NCBI GenBank assembly: GCA_965225855.1
Contig: CBDDCK010000001.1
Span: 96,001-160,000 of the forward strand
Source: Spirochaetia bacterium
GTDB lineage: Bacteria; Spirochaetota; Spirochaetia; SP-2023
DNA length: 64,000 nt
Direction of reading: 5' to 3'
Shown: positions 20,530 through 31,257 of the stretch, one piece after another
Numbering within the stretch: position 1 is the first letter of the stretch
Layout: each line of letters opens with the position of its first letter
Notes under the pieces: model-generated
The model's input: only the letters and a program-made list of their open reading frames with translations
Database searches by the model: none
What the model was told of the DNA's origin: nothing
Position numbers and translations under genes: made by a program

Positions 20530-22687
20530 ATACCAAGGCTATAATTGGTAAAAGCAGCCTTGATAAAAAAACTTACCAAGGCTGCTTTTGGCCAACCAAG
20601 CATTGCTTACAGCAACAACCAAACCTTACTTAAAATTAAAAACTTGAATAGCATTGTTTAGGTCTTCTGCGCTACCACCTGCAAAGCCTGCTGCTGCTTC
20701 CAGGTTGTATGCACCATTATTATCACTTTTACCCCCCTTAACCAGTCCCTTAACCAGTATAGCATTGGCTTTGGCTTTTAAATTACCACTTAAAGTAATT
20801 GTTAAGCCTGTTGCACTTGCGTAAGAACCTGTGGCTCTGTTTGCACCTACAGTTGAGTGCCGTGGTAATGTGAATCTATTACTACTACCATCACCGGATA
20901 CAAGCGTCAATTTGCTAAAGTCCCATCCTGCAACTGCTCTCGGTAACTTGACACCTACAATCAATAACTGGCCACTACTAGCAAAGTAGTTTACGGCGGT
21001 GATGCTGGCTACATACCCCCTAACGGTAATCGGGTTATTGCTTGTGTCTTCTGCGCTACCACCTGCAAAGCCTGCTGCTGCTTCCAGGTTATATGCACCA
21101 TTAGCATCACGAACACCACCCTTAACCAGTATCTTCTCGGCTTCCGCTTTTACACTACCGCTTAAAATCATCCTTAAGTAGATTGTACCTGCACGAGAAC
21201 CTGTGGCTGTGTTTTCACCTGCAGTTGAGTGCCGGGGTAATGTGTATCTCTTACTACCATCACCGGATACAAGCGTCAATTTGCTAAAGTCCCATCCTGC
21301 AACTGCTCTCGGTAACTTGATACCACTAATATATAACTGGCCTGTATTAGCATAGTAGGTTGCACTGGTAATTGTGGGTGCGGGGTTTCCACTAACGGCC
21401 AAGGCTTTGGCTGTATCTAAACCCGCCCAAGTACCAGTGCTAGTAAGCAACCCATCTTTTAGACCATTGCTATCCATACCTGTCTTGCCATTCAGAGTAG
21501 CTTTATGTTGATCGGTAAGGTAAAGCCAAAGCGCTGTGCCATCGCTTTTCATGCGGTACTTACCTTTTACAAGACCGCTACTATCTGCCCCAGTGGCTGT
21601 GCCATCTGCAGTATAAGAATTTAAGGCTAAGCCATCTACCGTGATAGTTTGGATTTGGGCTTGGGTCGCAGTTGTAGCACTTAAGTGAGTACCTTGTAAA
21701 GTTAGCAGAGCCGTGCCAACATGGTAGCTTGCACCGGTAATTGCGGCTTTAGGCGACTGCTCTTCAGCTTGTTCGGCTTGCTTAGGCAACTGCTTATCTT
21801 CAGTTTCGGTCTTAGACTGCTGATCTTCGGCTTGCTTAGGCAACTGCTTATCGGGTACATTACTAACGTCCAAGTCTTTAGGTGTATTTAAACCCGCCCA
21901 AGTACCAGTGCTAGTAAGCAACCCTTTTTTTAGACCATCGTTATTCATACCGGGCTTGCCATTCAGAGTAGCTTTATGTTGATCGGTAAGTTTCAGCCAA
22001 AGCGCTGTGCCATCGCTATGCAGGCGGTACTTACCTTTTGCAAGACCGCTACTATTTACCCCAGTGGGTTTGGCATCTGCAGAATAGGAACTGAAGTCTA
22101 CGCCATATACTTTGATGGTTTGGATTTGCGCTTCTGTAGGACTTAAGTCAGTACCTTGTACGGTTAACAGAGCCGTAGCAAAGTCGTAGATGGCCTTATT
22201 AATAGTCGGCCCAGACGGCCCAGAAGATCGATCATCGTCATCGGGTGGGGCGCAGGCCAAGGCCATAAAGGCCAGTAGCAATGCTAATGGCAATAAAAAT
22301 AGTTTGAGCTTATACATAAGCAATACCTCCAAAAATGGGTAAAGATTAACCAACCCATACGGGCTAGTGTACAGCGCCCCATTTTGCTAGGGGGGTGTTG
22401 CGTCAAGGCCCATATAAGATTTTTGTAAGTTTTTTTACAAGTTTTTTTGTGTTAGGGTACTTTTTTTGTATTAGTGTTGTTTTTTAGTGTTGGTTGGGGG
22501 TTCAAAATCCATGCCAATCCATTTGCATTCCATATTATCGGAATCTATGAACCATCAAAGCAACCAATCCATAGTTATAGACGCAACAAGTCGATAATTA
22601 TGGACCGACCTAGTCCATAATTGTTACTTTTCAAAAGTACATAATTAGGGCATGGTTTGGTTTTTATTGTGAAGGTTTGGGGGGTGG
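20530..22687 (-). repeat. Inverted duplicated cassette, copy 1 (upstream region + lipoprotein gene + 3' repeats)
   Basis: The reverse complement aligns with 32789-35147, from CCACCCCCCAARCCTTCACAAYAAAAACCAAACCATGCCC to the 3' AATTATAGCCTTGGTAT. Ends are approximate. Confidence 0.9.
20626..22317 (-). CDS. Repeat-domain surface lipoprotein, paralog 1 (A-A-B-B architecture)
   Basis: GGAGGT RBS before ATG 22317; signal MYKLKLFLLPLALLLAFMALA-C; two ~120-aa A repeats and two ~122-aa B repeats (ITSATYY..TG.L.I.G..LP....WDFSKLTLVSGDG...AYNLEAAA). Confidence 0.9.
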   Translation of the reverse strand: MYKLKLFLLPLALLLAFMALACAPPDDDDRSSGPSGPTINKAIYDFATALLTVQGTDLSPTEAQIQTIKVYGVDFSSYSADAKPTGVNSSGLAKGKYRLHSDGTALWLKLTDQHKATLNGKPGMNNDGLKKGLLTSTGTWAGLNTPKDLDVSNVPDKQLPKQAEDQQSKTETEDKQLPKQAEQAEEQSPKAAITGASYHVGTALLTLQGTHLSATTATQAQIQTITVDGLALNSYTADGTATGADSSGLVKGKYRMKSDGTALWLYLTDQHKATLNGKTGMDSNGLKDGLLTSTGTWAGLDTAKALAVSGNPAPTITSATYYANTGQLYISGIKLPRAVAGWDFSKLTLVSGDGSKRYTLPRHSTAGENTATGSRAGTIYLRMILSGSVKAEAEKILVKGGVRDANGAYNLEAAAGFAGGSAEDTSNNPITVRGYVASITAVNYFASSGQLLIVGVKLPRAVAGWDFSKLTLVSGDGSSNRFTLPRHSTVGANRATGSYASATGLTITLSGNLKAKANAILVKGLVKGGKSDNNGAYNLEAAAGFAGGSAEDLNNAIQVFNFK

Positions 22688-22689
22688 AT

Positions 22690-23080
22690 TATCAAGCCCC
22701 GCATTTAAGCATAAAGCCCATGGGGGATACAGGTGCTTTGCCTAATTTAATAGCAGGAAATACGAAAGACATACATATTTTATTTTATGATATTTCAGAA
22801 GATGGTTACGATGGCAATAAAGAAAGGGTTGTTGGTTATTTTAATTCTAGCGATAATAAGATAAAAGCTGGTAATAGTAATCAAAAGTTAGTTTTAAATC
22901 TTGACTTACTGTATTATTCTAATATTAAAAATAAAGAGTTTTTTTACTCTGTAGTTATTCACGAGCTACAGCATATGATCGAGTTTTATCGAAAGACATT
23001 GCTTAAAGTTAAAGATGCCAACAAGAAAACTGAATATTGATTAAATTAAATGATTTCTCAGATGGCTGTTGATTTAGTTT
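22690..23080 (+). pseudogene. Fragment of an M30/M6-like zinc metallopeptidase
   Basis: IHILFYDI...VVGYF...SN...VIHELQHMI. Continues past stops as EY*LN*MISQMAVDL, a degenerate WLNE-type motif. The 5' part is missing at the cassette boundary. Confidence 0.6.
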
Positions 23081-23174
23081 GTTATTAGTTGTATGATGAT
23101 GCTCTTAGTTGTTATAATTCTATTAGTACCTTTGGTGAATTTTTATTTTTTATTGGTTCTGTTTATATTTTTTA

Positions 23175-23381
23175 TTGGTTTTGAGCTGTACTTCATATAT
23201 TACAGTAACTGGCAAAGTTGGTATTCGAGGGAATGAACCTTTTGCTTATCTAAGCATTGCCAGTGAAGAATCTGAATATGAAATAAAAGGGTCATTAGCC
23301 ACCAAAATTGAAAATAATTTACAAGGCCAAACTATAACTGTAAAAATAAATAAAAGAATTTATATTTCATTGATTCAATAA
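23175..23381 (+). CDS. Small hypothetical (lipo)protein, possibly truncated
   Basis: Hydrophobic run then LSC; VTGKVGIRGNEPF. Confidence 0.35.
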   Translation: MVLSCTSYITVTGKVGIRGNEPFAYLSIASEESEYEIKGSLATKIENNLQGQTITVKINKRIYISLIQ

Positions 23382-23404
23382 ACTTATATCTATGAGATTG
23401 CGCC

Positions 23405-24518
23405 ATGCTTAATGAATGGAAAACACCAATAAAAAAATTATCTGCCAGAATCTTTGATACTTGGAGGCGACTTTGACCCGGTAAAAATTGAGAATCAAAT
23501 TACAGAATTAGAAACGATTACCAACGATCCTAATTTTTGGAATCAGCCAAGTCAGGCTGAAAATATCTTTAGTAAGTTGAAAAATCTGCGTGAACGTTAC
23601 CAAAGCTGGCAAAATTTAATTTCCCAAACAGAAGATTTAAATATTCTGTTAGATATGGCAATAGAAGAAAATGATGAATCCCAAGAAGCGGAAATTAAAA
23701 ATATATTTTCTGAATTAGAAGAACGCTATGATATTCTTTCTACTGTAGTGTTAATGGGTGAAGAAGGGGATATTCTTGCAGCCTTTTTAACTATTCATTC
23801 TGGTGCTGGTGGTACGGAAGCTTGCGATTGGGCTTCCATGCTCTACCGTATGTATAGCCGTTGGGTTGAACAACATGGCTTCAAGTTGAGCTTGATTGAT
23901 CACCAAGTAGCTGAAGGTGGCATTAAATCTATAACAGTTCAAATTGACGGAGAATATGTGGCAGGAATGCTCAAAAGTGAAAATGGAATTCATCGTCTTG
24001 TACGAATTTCGCCCTTTGATTCTAACGCTCGCCGCCATACTTCTTTTGCATCGGTTTACGTTTCTCCCGTGCTCGATGATTCGATTGATATTGAAATTGC
24101 AGCAGAAGATTTGCGTATTGATACCTACCGTGCTGGTGGTGCGGGTGGCCAGCATGTAAACAAAACCGATAGTGCAGTACGCATTACTCATTTCCCTTCA
24201 AGAATTGTCGTGCAATGTCAAAATGAACGTAGTCAACATAAAAATAAAGATATGGCTATGAAAATGCTGCGTTCGCGCGTTTACGAATATCGCCGTTTAC
24301 AGCAAGAAGAAGAACGCCAAAAAAATGCTGCAGAAAAAAAGGATATTGGCTGGGGCTCGCAAATTCGCAGTTATGTTTTTCAACCATATACCATGGTCAA
24401 AGATTTGCGTACTCGCTATGAAACCGGCAACATTCAAGCGGTTATGGACGGGGCCATTGATCCTTTTATCCAGTCTTACTTGCGTTGGGTTGCCGAGCAG
24501 TTTCATTCAAATACATGA
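23405..24518 (+). CDS. prfB: Peptide chain release factor 2 with programmed +1 frameshift
   Basis: Frame 0 is MLNEWKTPIKKLSARIFDTWRRL, ending CTT TGA C (23471-23477) just after an internal SD GGAGG. The +1 frame carries SPF and GGQ motifs. Confidence 0.96.
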
Positions 24519-26062
24519 ACCAAAACTTTTCTATTTTTTTATTGCAGGTTTTATTGGTTATAAACTTAATCATGATGCCTGCAGCTCTCATCGCTCAAAG
24601 TAAAGATACCGAATTACCCAATATCAATATTGGTAAAACCAAATGGAAAGTTTTATTCCAAAGCTTTGCCAATGAATTAAAAGGCCCTTACAGTAACCAA
24701 ATTGCAAAGATTATGCCCTTTTTAGCGAAATCTTTGGCTAAGTTCGATCGGCATGTTTTAGCAGAAAATACCAAAAACAATCTACGGGAACATGCCATTC
24801 AAAAAGAGCTATATCAACATTATGAAGCTTATAATAACTTGATTGATAAGCGCGATCGTCAAGTGATTAATGCTACACTAAAAAGCCGTTCCCGCTTTCA
24901 TCAAATTACTGCTGAAGGAAATGATGAGAGGGAAATCAACAAAAAAAGCCGTTTAATAAAACGTATCCAGAATATAAAAAGGAACTCAATAGCTGTTCCC
25001 AACTCTTTACCATTAGAATTTGTGGATAAAAGTACCCAGCCTTACGAAGCACCCGGCATTGTTCTGCTGAAAGAAGATTTTGATATGATACTCTGGGGTG
25101 AATCTCGCGGTAGTAATAATGTTTTTGAAGTAAAGATTTGGGCTTATATTGCCAACTCTAAAAGTAAAAAACTCCTCTGGAAAGGAATTATTGGGGCAAG
25201 TAACTATCAACAATCCTTAGAGATGATTCGAGCCAGAGCATCATCACTATTATTAGGACGACTTTGGGCAGCATTAAAAATTGATATAGACACCAGTAAT
25301 AATTCCGATGCCAAAATTTACTTAGATGGAAAGCTGGAAGGTGAAAATAGTTTAGTGGTTTATGGTTTGCAGCCAAAACAAACATATGAATTAGAAATCA
25401 TTGCCAACGGTTTACAGGGAAAGCATTTGTTTTTGGAATTGGAGCCGGGTAAGTTAAACCATTTTCAATTTAAGCTAGATATTGAAGTCCCAGAACAATA
25501 TATCCATGTTGATGCTTCGAGCTCTGCAGACGTCTACTTAGGAGTACGCTACTTGGGAATTACACCATTAAAGGTGCGTGTACCGGCTTATGAAACCTTG
25601 TTGATTCTAGTTGCCGAAGGAAAAAGCACTATTAATTACAATTTGAATAAGCAACAAACCGATGATTTATTTTTTGAAATGGAAGTAGCACCTAAATTGA
25701 CCTTGCAACAACAACATAGGAAATTAAGGACTCGCTTTTATTGGTCCAGTGCCTTATTTACATTATCTTTGGCTGTGCCATTAATTGCATCGGGTATTGG
25801 TTATGTAAACTATGGTCTATATATAAATAACAAAAACAATATTGATAGCATTGATTACCAACAAGCTATGTATATTGCTAGTGGCATAGCTATAGCCGGT
25901 GGAGTTCTTAGTGGCATATTATTAGGCTTAAATATCGCAGACTTCATACGCTATACAAAAGCTTCCAAAGCCTTAGCTACCACAGAATTTACCCCGCGCA
26001 AAGTTTTACCAGAGGAAGCCAAAGTAAAAAAAGAAAAAACAAAATATTATAGAAAAAACTGA
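24515..26062 (+). CDS. PEGA-domain membrane/secreted protein
   Basis: ATGA overlap with the prfB stop; signal peptide; PEGA-like motifs DAKIYLDGKLEG and ADVYLGVRYLGITPL; two C-terminal TM helices. Confidence 0.7.
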   Translation: MNQNFSIFLLQVLLVINLIMMPAALIAQSKDTELPNINIGKTKWKVLFQSFANELKGPYSNQIAKIMPFLAKSLAKFDRHVLAENTKNNLREHAIQKELYQHYEAYNNLIDKRDRQVINATLKSRSRFHQITAEGNDEREINKKSRLIKRIQNIKRNSIAVPNSLPLEFVDKSTQPYEAPGIVLLKEDFDMILWGESRGSNNVFEVKIWAYIANSKSKKLLWKGIIGASNYQQSLEMIRARASSLLLGRLWAALKIDIDTSNNSDAKIYLDGKLEGENSLVVYGLQPKQTYELEIIANGLQGKHLFLELEPGKLNHFQFKLDIEVPEQYIHVDASSSADVYLGVRYLGITPLKVRVPAYETLLILVAEGKSTINYNLNKQQTDDLFFEMEVAPKLTLQQQHRKLRTRFYWSSALFTLSLAVPLIASGIGYVNYGLYINNKNNIDSIDYQQAMYIASGIAIAGGVLSGILLGLNIADFIRYTKASKALATTEFTPRKVLPEEAKVKKEKTKYYRKN

Positions 26063-26291
26063 TCGAATACAATCTGAACAAGCAGAGATAGATAATACCA
26101 AGTAATTTATTAAATAGTTTTATTCCGTAAATATCATATAAATAAACTGAATATATCTAATAATTGTTATTTCTATTATTTATAATGAATATGATTTATT
26201 ATCAAAATTATATTAAAGTAGTCAAAATATTTTCCAAAAAATATTGAACAATATAGTTGAATACAATACAGAATGTTGGAAATATAATCTT

Positions 26292-27524
26292 ATGAAATAT
26301 ATGAATACATTATATACCAATGATAATTTATTTATATTATATGGAATGAATACTAATTCTGTAGACTTGATTTATCTCGATCCACCATTTAATAGTAAGA
26401 CAATTTATTCTGCACCAATAGGTTCAAAATCTGCTGGAATTAGTTTTAAGGACATGTGGACTTGGGAAGATGTAAATGAATCCTATTTAGATAAATTAGT
26501 AGAACAATATGCTTCATTAGTGCAATATATCCAATCCATACAAATAATTCACTCTAAAGCCATGATGGCCTATATAACTTTTATGACTCAAAGAATTATA
26601 GAATTATATAGGATATTGAAAGATACCGGTAGCATCTATCTACATGTAGACCCTACAGCTAGCCACTATCTAAAAATAGTATTAGACCAAATATTTGGTA
26701 AACATAATTTTCGCAATGAAATAGTTTGGTGTTATCGAGGTGCAAGTTACGCCAAAAAGGACTTTGGCAAACGGCATGACATTATCTATAGATACTCTAA
26801 AAGCAATACTTATATCTTTAATTTAGATTCCGTAAGGGAACCTTATGCCGAGACTACCAAACAAAGGTTTCAACATTATATAGGAAATAAACGAAAAACT
26901 GGTAATTTTGGCATACAAACATTAAATCCATTGGGCAAACAACCCGATGATTGGTGGCCAATACAACCGTTAGCCCCATCATCAAAAGAACGTACCGGCT
27001 ATCCCACCCAAAAACCTTTAGCTTTGCTACATAAAATCATCAAAGCCAGTAGTAATGAAGATGATATTGTGCTGGACCCTTTTTGTGGCTGTGCTACTAC
27101 TTGTGTTGCTGCCGAACAATTACATAGAAAATGGATAGGTATTGATATAGAAGAAAAGGCAACCGATATACTTATCGATCGGCTTAGTGATCAATCAGGG
27201 TTGTTTAAAAATTTCATTCATAGAGTGGATATTCCGAAAAGAACCGACTTACAACAACAAGCCATAACCATAACTATAAAAGAGCAACTTTATAAACAGC
27301 AACACAGTAAGTGCAAAGCTTGTAATACCGAGTTTGAAATAAGAAATTTGGAAGTTGATCATATTATACCCAGAGCCAAAGGTGGCGGTAATTATTACGA
27401 AAACTATCAATTACTTTGTAGTAGCTGTAATGGTATTAAAGGCAATCGGCCTATGGAATACCTACGAATGAAGTTAAAAGCAAAAGAACAAATACTAAGA
27501 AAAACAATTCGATTTGGCGATTGA
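26292..27524 (+). CDS. Beta-class N4/N6 DNA methyltransferase fused to a C-terminal HNH endonuclease
   Basis: VDLIYLDPPFNS, YPTQKP, VLDPFCGCATT, WIGIDI; then C-x2-C...EVDHIIPRAKGG...NYQLLC-x2-CNGIKG. Start uncertain (26244, 26292 or 26301). Confidence 0.88.
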   Translation: MKYMNTLYTNDNLFILYGMNTNSVDLIYLDPPFNSKTIYSAPIGSKSAGISFKDMWTWEDVNESYLDKLVEQYASLVQYIQSIQIIHSKAMMAYITFMTQRIIELYRILKDTGSIYLHVDPTASHYLKIVLDQIFGKHNFRNEIVWCYRGASYAKKDFGKRHDIIYRYSKSNTYIFNLDSVREPYAETTKQRFQHYIGNKRKTGNFGIQTLNPLGKQPDDWWPIQPLAPSSKERTGYPTQKPLALLHKIIKASSNEDDIVLDPFCGCATTCVAAEQLHRKWIGIDIEEKATDILIDRLSDQSGLFKNFIHRVDIPKRTDLQQQAITITIKEQLYKQQHSKCKACNTEFEIRNLEVDHIIPRAKGGGNYYENYQLLCSSCNGIKGNRPMEYLRMKLKAKEQILRKTIRFGD

Positions 27525-27730
27525 TACTTTATTATCTAGTACAAAATCTACTGCTCCAAATTTTATTCAATAAGCATAAATAGATAACCCTAACTATAAT
27601 AAATTAAATTACCATTTTATTTATATGATATAAACAAAATGGTAGATACTATAAAAACAAATATGAATATAATAATTTACAATAGACGAATTAAATTCTT
27701 ATAAAAATAAATAAATTGTTTATCTCTAAC

Positions 27731-28837
27731 TTAAAGATAGTTATCTCTACTGGCAAACTTTAATAAAAATCGAGGCATAGGCTGTTTCTTCCCTCGAACA
27801 TTTATGGAAAGACCTAGTTTTTTGAATATTGGAATGCGATAAGTTTCTACAAACTCTATTAAACTACCGTCAGGGTCTTCCAAATAGGCGAAACGTCCAG
27901 ATGCAGTCTTTCCGATTGCAAACCCATCTTCAGTATCTACCGTAAAGGCAAAACCTAAATTACTACAATAATCCTTTAAATCAGGCATATTCATAACATC
28001 AAAACCTAAATGGATTAAGCCGGGGTCTCCCCAATAGCGGTTATTATATAAGTGGCGCTCGGTATCTAAGCCCAGGCCTTGTTTTACGGTATCACTAAAT
28101 GGCTTATCTGTAACTTCAATTAACTCAATTTCACCAGTTCCAAACAGTTCAGCATATAAACCAGATTCGGGTATTGCTCGTTTCAACATCACTCTACGAA
28201 ACTTGCCCCTATTATCTTTGTTTAAACTGTGGAAACCAAACCAATCTTGCCATTCATCTTGTCTATCTTGGACAACATGACTATAACCCAACACACTACG
28301 ATAAAAGTTTAAGGAACGTTCCATATCCGTAACCCCTACCATCACACCACAAACCCCAGCACAAAATGGTTGTTTACTTTCACGCAAGGTTTTAGATTTA
28401 TCCTCAACCAATTGAAAGTATGTACCAAATACGGCAAAGTAACAACAGAGTTCGCCGGTAGGTCGTTCGGTTATGTCTCCAATTAGTTCCAAACTTGGTT
28501 CAGGGTTTGCTCGCAAGGTAGCCACAATTTGTTCTATCCCCTGGCAACGCAATTTGCAGACCAAAAAACCGATACTTTGTAAGCTCATATTGCTAGGTTG
28601 CGGTAGCGGGGTACGGCTAATATGTTGCCAAATTTCCAAACCACTGCCACCATGTGAATTTAATACCAATGCAGCATCTCTTTGACAAACTTGCCCACCA
28701 GTGTAATGGCTCATAAAAGTGGCTTGGTTTTTATCATTAAAAATTACGGTGCGGAAACCCAATACATTGGCAAACCAATCTAAAGCATTTTTTTTATCTT
28801 GAACGCCCAAACCTAATTGTTGAATCGCATTAATCAT
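27731..28837 (-). CDS. VOC (glyoxalase-like) family protein, tandem domains
   Basis: IQQLGLGV, GVTDMERSLNFY, HLGFDV, FAYLEDPDGSLIEFVE motifs. Confidence 0.85.
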   Translation of the reverse strand: MINAIQQLGLGVQDKKNALDWFANVLGFRTVIFNDKNQATFMSHYTGGQVCQRDAALVLNSHGGSGLEIWQHISRTPLPQPSNMSLQSIGFLVCKLRCQGIEQIVATLRANPEPSLELIGDITERPTGELCCYFAVFGTYFQLVEDKSKTLRESKQPFCAGVCGVMVGVTDMERSLNFYRSVLGYSHVVQDRQDEWQDWFGFHSLNKDNRGKFRRVMLKRAIPESGLYAELFGTGEIELIEVTDKPFSDTVKQGLGLDTERHLYNNRYWGDPGLIHLGFDVMNMPDLKDYCSNLGFAFTVDTEDGFAIGKTASGRFAYLEDPDGSLIEFVETYRIPIFKKLGLSINVRGKKQPMPRFLLKFASRDNYL

Positions 28838-29028
28838 AATTTCCCCTAAATGGAAAGTATTTTATTGTGCACGGATTTTAATTATTTTAAGTTATAAGAC
28901 CTATAAAAGAATCCATAAATAATTTTGCTAAAAGCCTATTTTATATAGCTTGATTCCCCATATAGTCTAGTAATTGAAAATAGCAATCTATTATCCGACA
29001 TTTCAAATATATATTAAAGGAGTTCTTT

Positions 29029-30462
29029 ATGAGTTTTCATTCGGGCTTGCATTTACAACAAACGCAAACAATGAAGCAAAAAATGCGCTTAAACCAATTT
29101 CAGCAGCAATCATTACATTTCCTACAAACCGACATTGTCCATCTACTATCGGAAGTGGAAGAATTAAAAGAACAATACCCGGAATTGCAATGGAAAGACG
29201 GTATTTCTAAAGAATGGGAGCAAGGCAATGTAGTTTTAAACCAACGGAAACGCTACCCTGGGGAATGGCGTTTAGAACAACAATGGCAAAATGGCCGTTT
29301 TCTCTCTATCGATCAATTAGCCGAAAGCAGTGATGCAAAGCAACAAATGCTTGAAAATTATCAAGAAAGTGATCAAAGCCTTTGCTTGCGCACCGTTCTG
29401 CGTGAGCAAATATATTTGTGGAATTTAAAAACCATAGAAAAGGAATTTTGTGAGTTCGTGCTACAAAATTTAGATGAACGTGGTTTAAACTATGAAAACC
29501 CTATATTGATTGCAAGTAGTTTTTTCACTGGTAGCCGGGCTATACCAAAGAGTAGGCTTGTACAATTATTAAAGAAAATTCAACAATTAGAGCCCATAGG
29601 TTGCGCATGTGATTCCCCGCTACAAAGTTTAATCGTACAAACCCAATTATATTTTCCAAATTCAAAACTATTATCTGTACTGCAGAGCTTACCTAGTTTA
29701 GAAATGCTTGGTGGCTTAGAAGACTTTTTAGCATACTTAAAACAACAAGGTTTTGATAAAACAGAAGCCAACGAAATATTATATAATCTACGTAAACTAG
29801 AGCCATATCCGGCTAGGGGCTATCAAGTTTCCAACAATTCACAAAGTTTTCGCATTTATCCGGAAATCCAAGTTCACATAGAAAAGAATAGCCGAAGAAT
29901 GGAAGTTGAGCTTTTGAACAGCATTGGCGCTAAGTTAGAAATTAGAGAACCCAAAAATAGAAGCACCTCTGCCCAAAGTAACCATAAAGATAAAGAACAG
30001 GCTGCCTTATTATTGCAACAACTTTTGCGCCGAGAAGAAACATTATTGCGTATTGGTCAAAGTATCTTTGAGCAGCAGTGGCAATTTGTAGAAGGTGGCA
30101 TAAAATATCTGCGTGCCATGACCTTAGAGATGATAGCAGCAGATTTAGATTTGCATATTTCTACTATATCGCGTTGTATTCAAAATAAATATTGTAAGAC
30201 CCCTTGGGGTACGTATCCTTTGCGTTTTTTCTTAAGTCAAGGTGCAAGAAATGGTCAATCAAGGGAACAAATAAAAGAAAGAATAGTAGAAATTATTCAA
30301 GAATATGCTCTCAATGTATCAAATAAAAATTTGAATACAACCAAAGGAAAAAAACTTAGTGACAGTGAATTAAGTAGACGTTTTAAAAAAATAGGCATAG
30401 ATATTGCACGCAGAACCGTAACAAAATATAGGGCCGAATTACTTAGTGAAGGGCGTTTATAG
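29029..30462 (+). CDS. rpoN: RNA polymerase sigma-54 factor
   Basis: Gln-rich region I, LEPIGC, HTH (IAADLDLHISTISR) and RpoN box ARRTVTKYR. Confidence 0.93.
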   Translation: MSFHSGLHLQQTQTMKQKMRLNQFQQQSLHFLQTDIVHLLSEVEELKEQYPELQWKDGISKEWEQGNVVLNQRKRYPGEWRLEQQWQNGRFLSIDQLAESSDAKQQMLENYQESDQSLCLRTVLREQIYLWNLKTIEKEFCEFVLQNLDERGLNYENPILIASSFFTGSRAIPKSRLVQLLKKIQQLEPIGCACDSPLQSLIVQTQLYFPNSKLLSVLQSLPSLEMLGGLEDFLAYLKQQGFDKTEANEILYNLRKLEPYPARGYQVSNNSQSFRIYPEIQVHIEKNSRRMEVELLNSIGAKLEIREPKNRSTSAQSNHKDKEQAALLLQQLLRREETLLRIGQSIFEQQWQFVEGGIKYLRAMTLEMIAADLDLHISTISRCIQNKYCKTPWGTYPLRFFLSQGARNGQSREQIKERIVEIIQEYALNVSNKNLNTTKGKKLSDSELSRRFKKIGIDIARRTVTKYRAELLSEGRL

Positions 30463-30575
30463 TTGTGAAATAACTACAATAAAAATATTGTGCCCCAATT
30501 TAAAATTTGTTATACTGCTGCCCCAATTGTGGCTATGCTAGTCTTAACTTTATATACCTAAGGAGATACCTCTGA

Positions 30576-30905
30576 ATGAACTTTCAGCTTAAGGGTGCTG
30601 GATTTCATGTGAGTGACCATAACACAGAGTTTATAAACTCTATGTTGCATCGCATTGAGAAATTTGAAGAGCATATTGAAGATTTAACCATTACTATACA
30701 TAGAGAGGCTGAACATCTCCACAATCTAACTGCTGATGTTCATTTCCACTGGAAAACAAAATTTCATCTATCGCATACAAGCCGCGAGCTTTATCCGGGC
30801 TTAGAACATTTGTTTGAAGAATTGACAAAAAAATGCCGTCGTGAACATTCAAGGTATGTCGATCATCATCGAGGAGAGAGTAAAAAGCACAATCCGCATT
30901 TTTAA
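30576..30905 (+). CDS. hpf: Ribosome hibernation factor HPF/RaiA family
   Basis: Size, position after rpoN and a fold-like sequence pattern; His-rich. Confidence 0.7.
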   Translation: MNFQLKGAGFHVSDHNTEFINSMLHRIEKFEEHIEDLTITIHREAEHLHNLTADVHFHWKTKFHLSHTSRELYPGLEHLFEELTKKCRREHSRYVDHHRGESKKHNPHF

Positions 30906-30986
30906 TTTTTTACTTTTAATAAAAGCAGTTATAAACTATATTTAGGTTTTAATATCTATTGTTTGGTAAATACTGCTGGAGATATA

Positions 30987-31244
30987 ATGGAAAAAACGAT
31001 CCGAGTAACTAATGCTTCAGGGATTCATGCATCGCCGTCTGCTCAAATTGTGCAAACCGTCATGCAGTACAATTCCACTGTTTCGTTAGTTTATCGCGAT
31101 AAAGTTGTCGATGCTCGTTCTATATTGGGGATACTTTCGCTTGGTTTAAATCAAGGGGTAGAATTTGTTTTGCGGGCAGAAGGCGAAGATGCTGCAGCTA
31201 TATTGGATGCATTAGAAAAGCTGTTTGCAGAAGAATTCCGTTAA
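30987..31244 (+). CDS. ptsH: HPr family phosphocarrier protein
   Basis: GIHASPSA (His15) and VDARSILGILSLG (Ser46). Confidence 0.9.
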   Translation: MEKTIRVTNASGIHASPSAQIVQTVMQYNSTVSLVYRDKVVDARSILGILSLGLNQGVEFVLRAEGEDAAAILDALEKLFAEEFR

Positions 31245-31257
31245 TCAATTATTCGCA

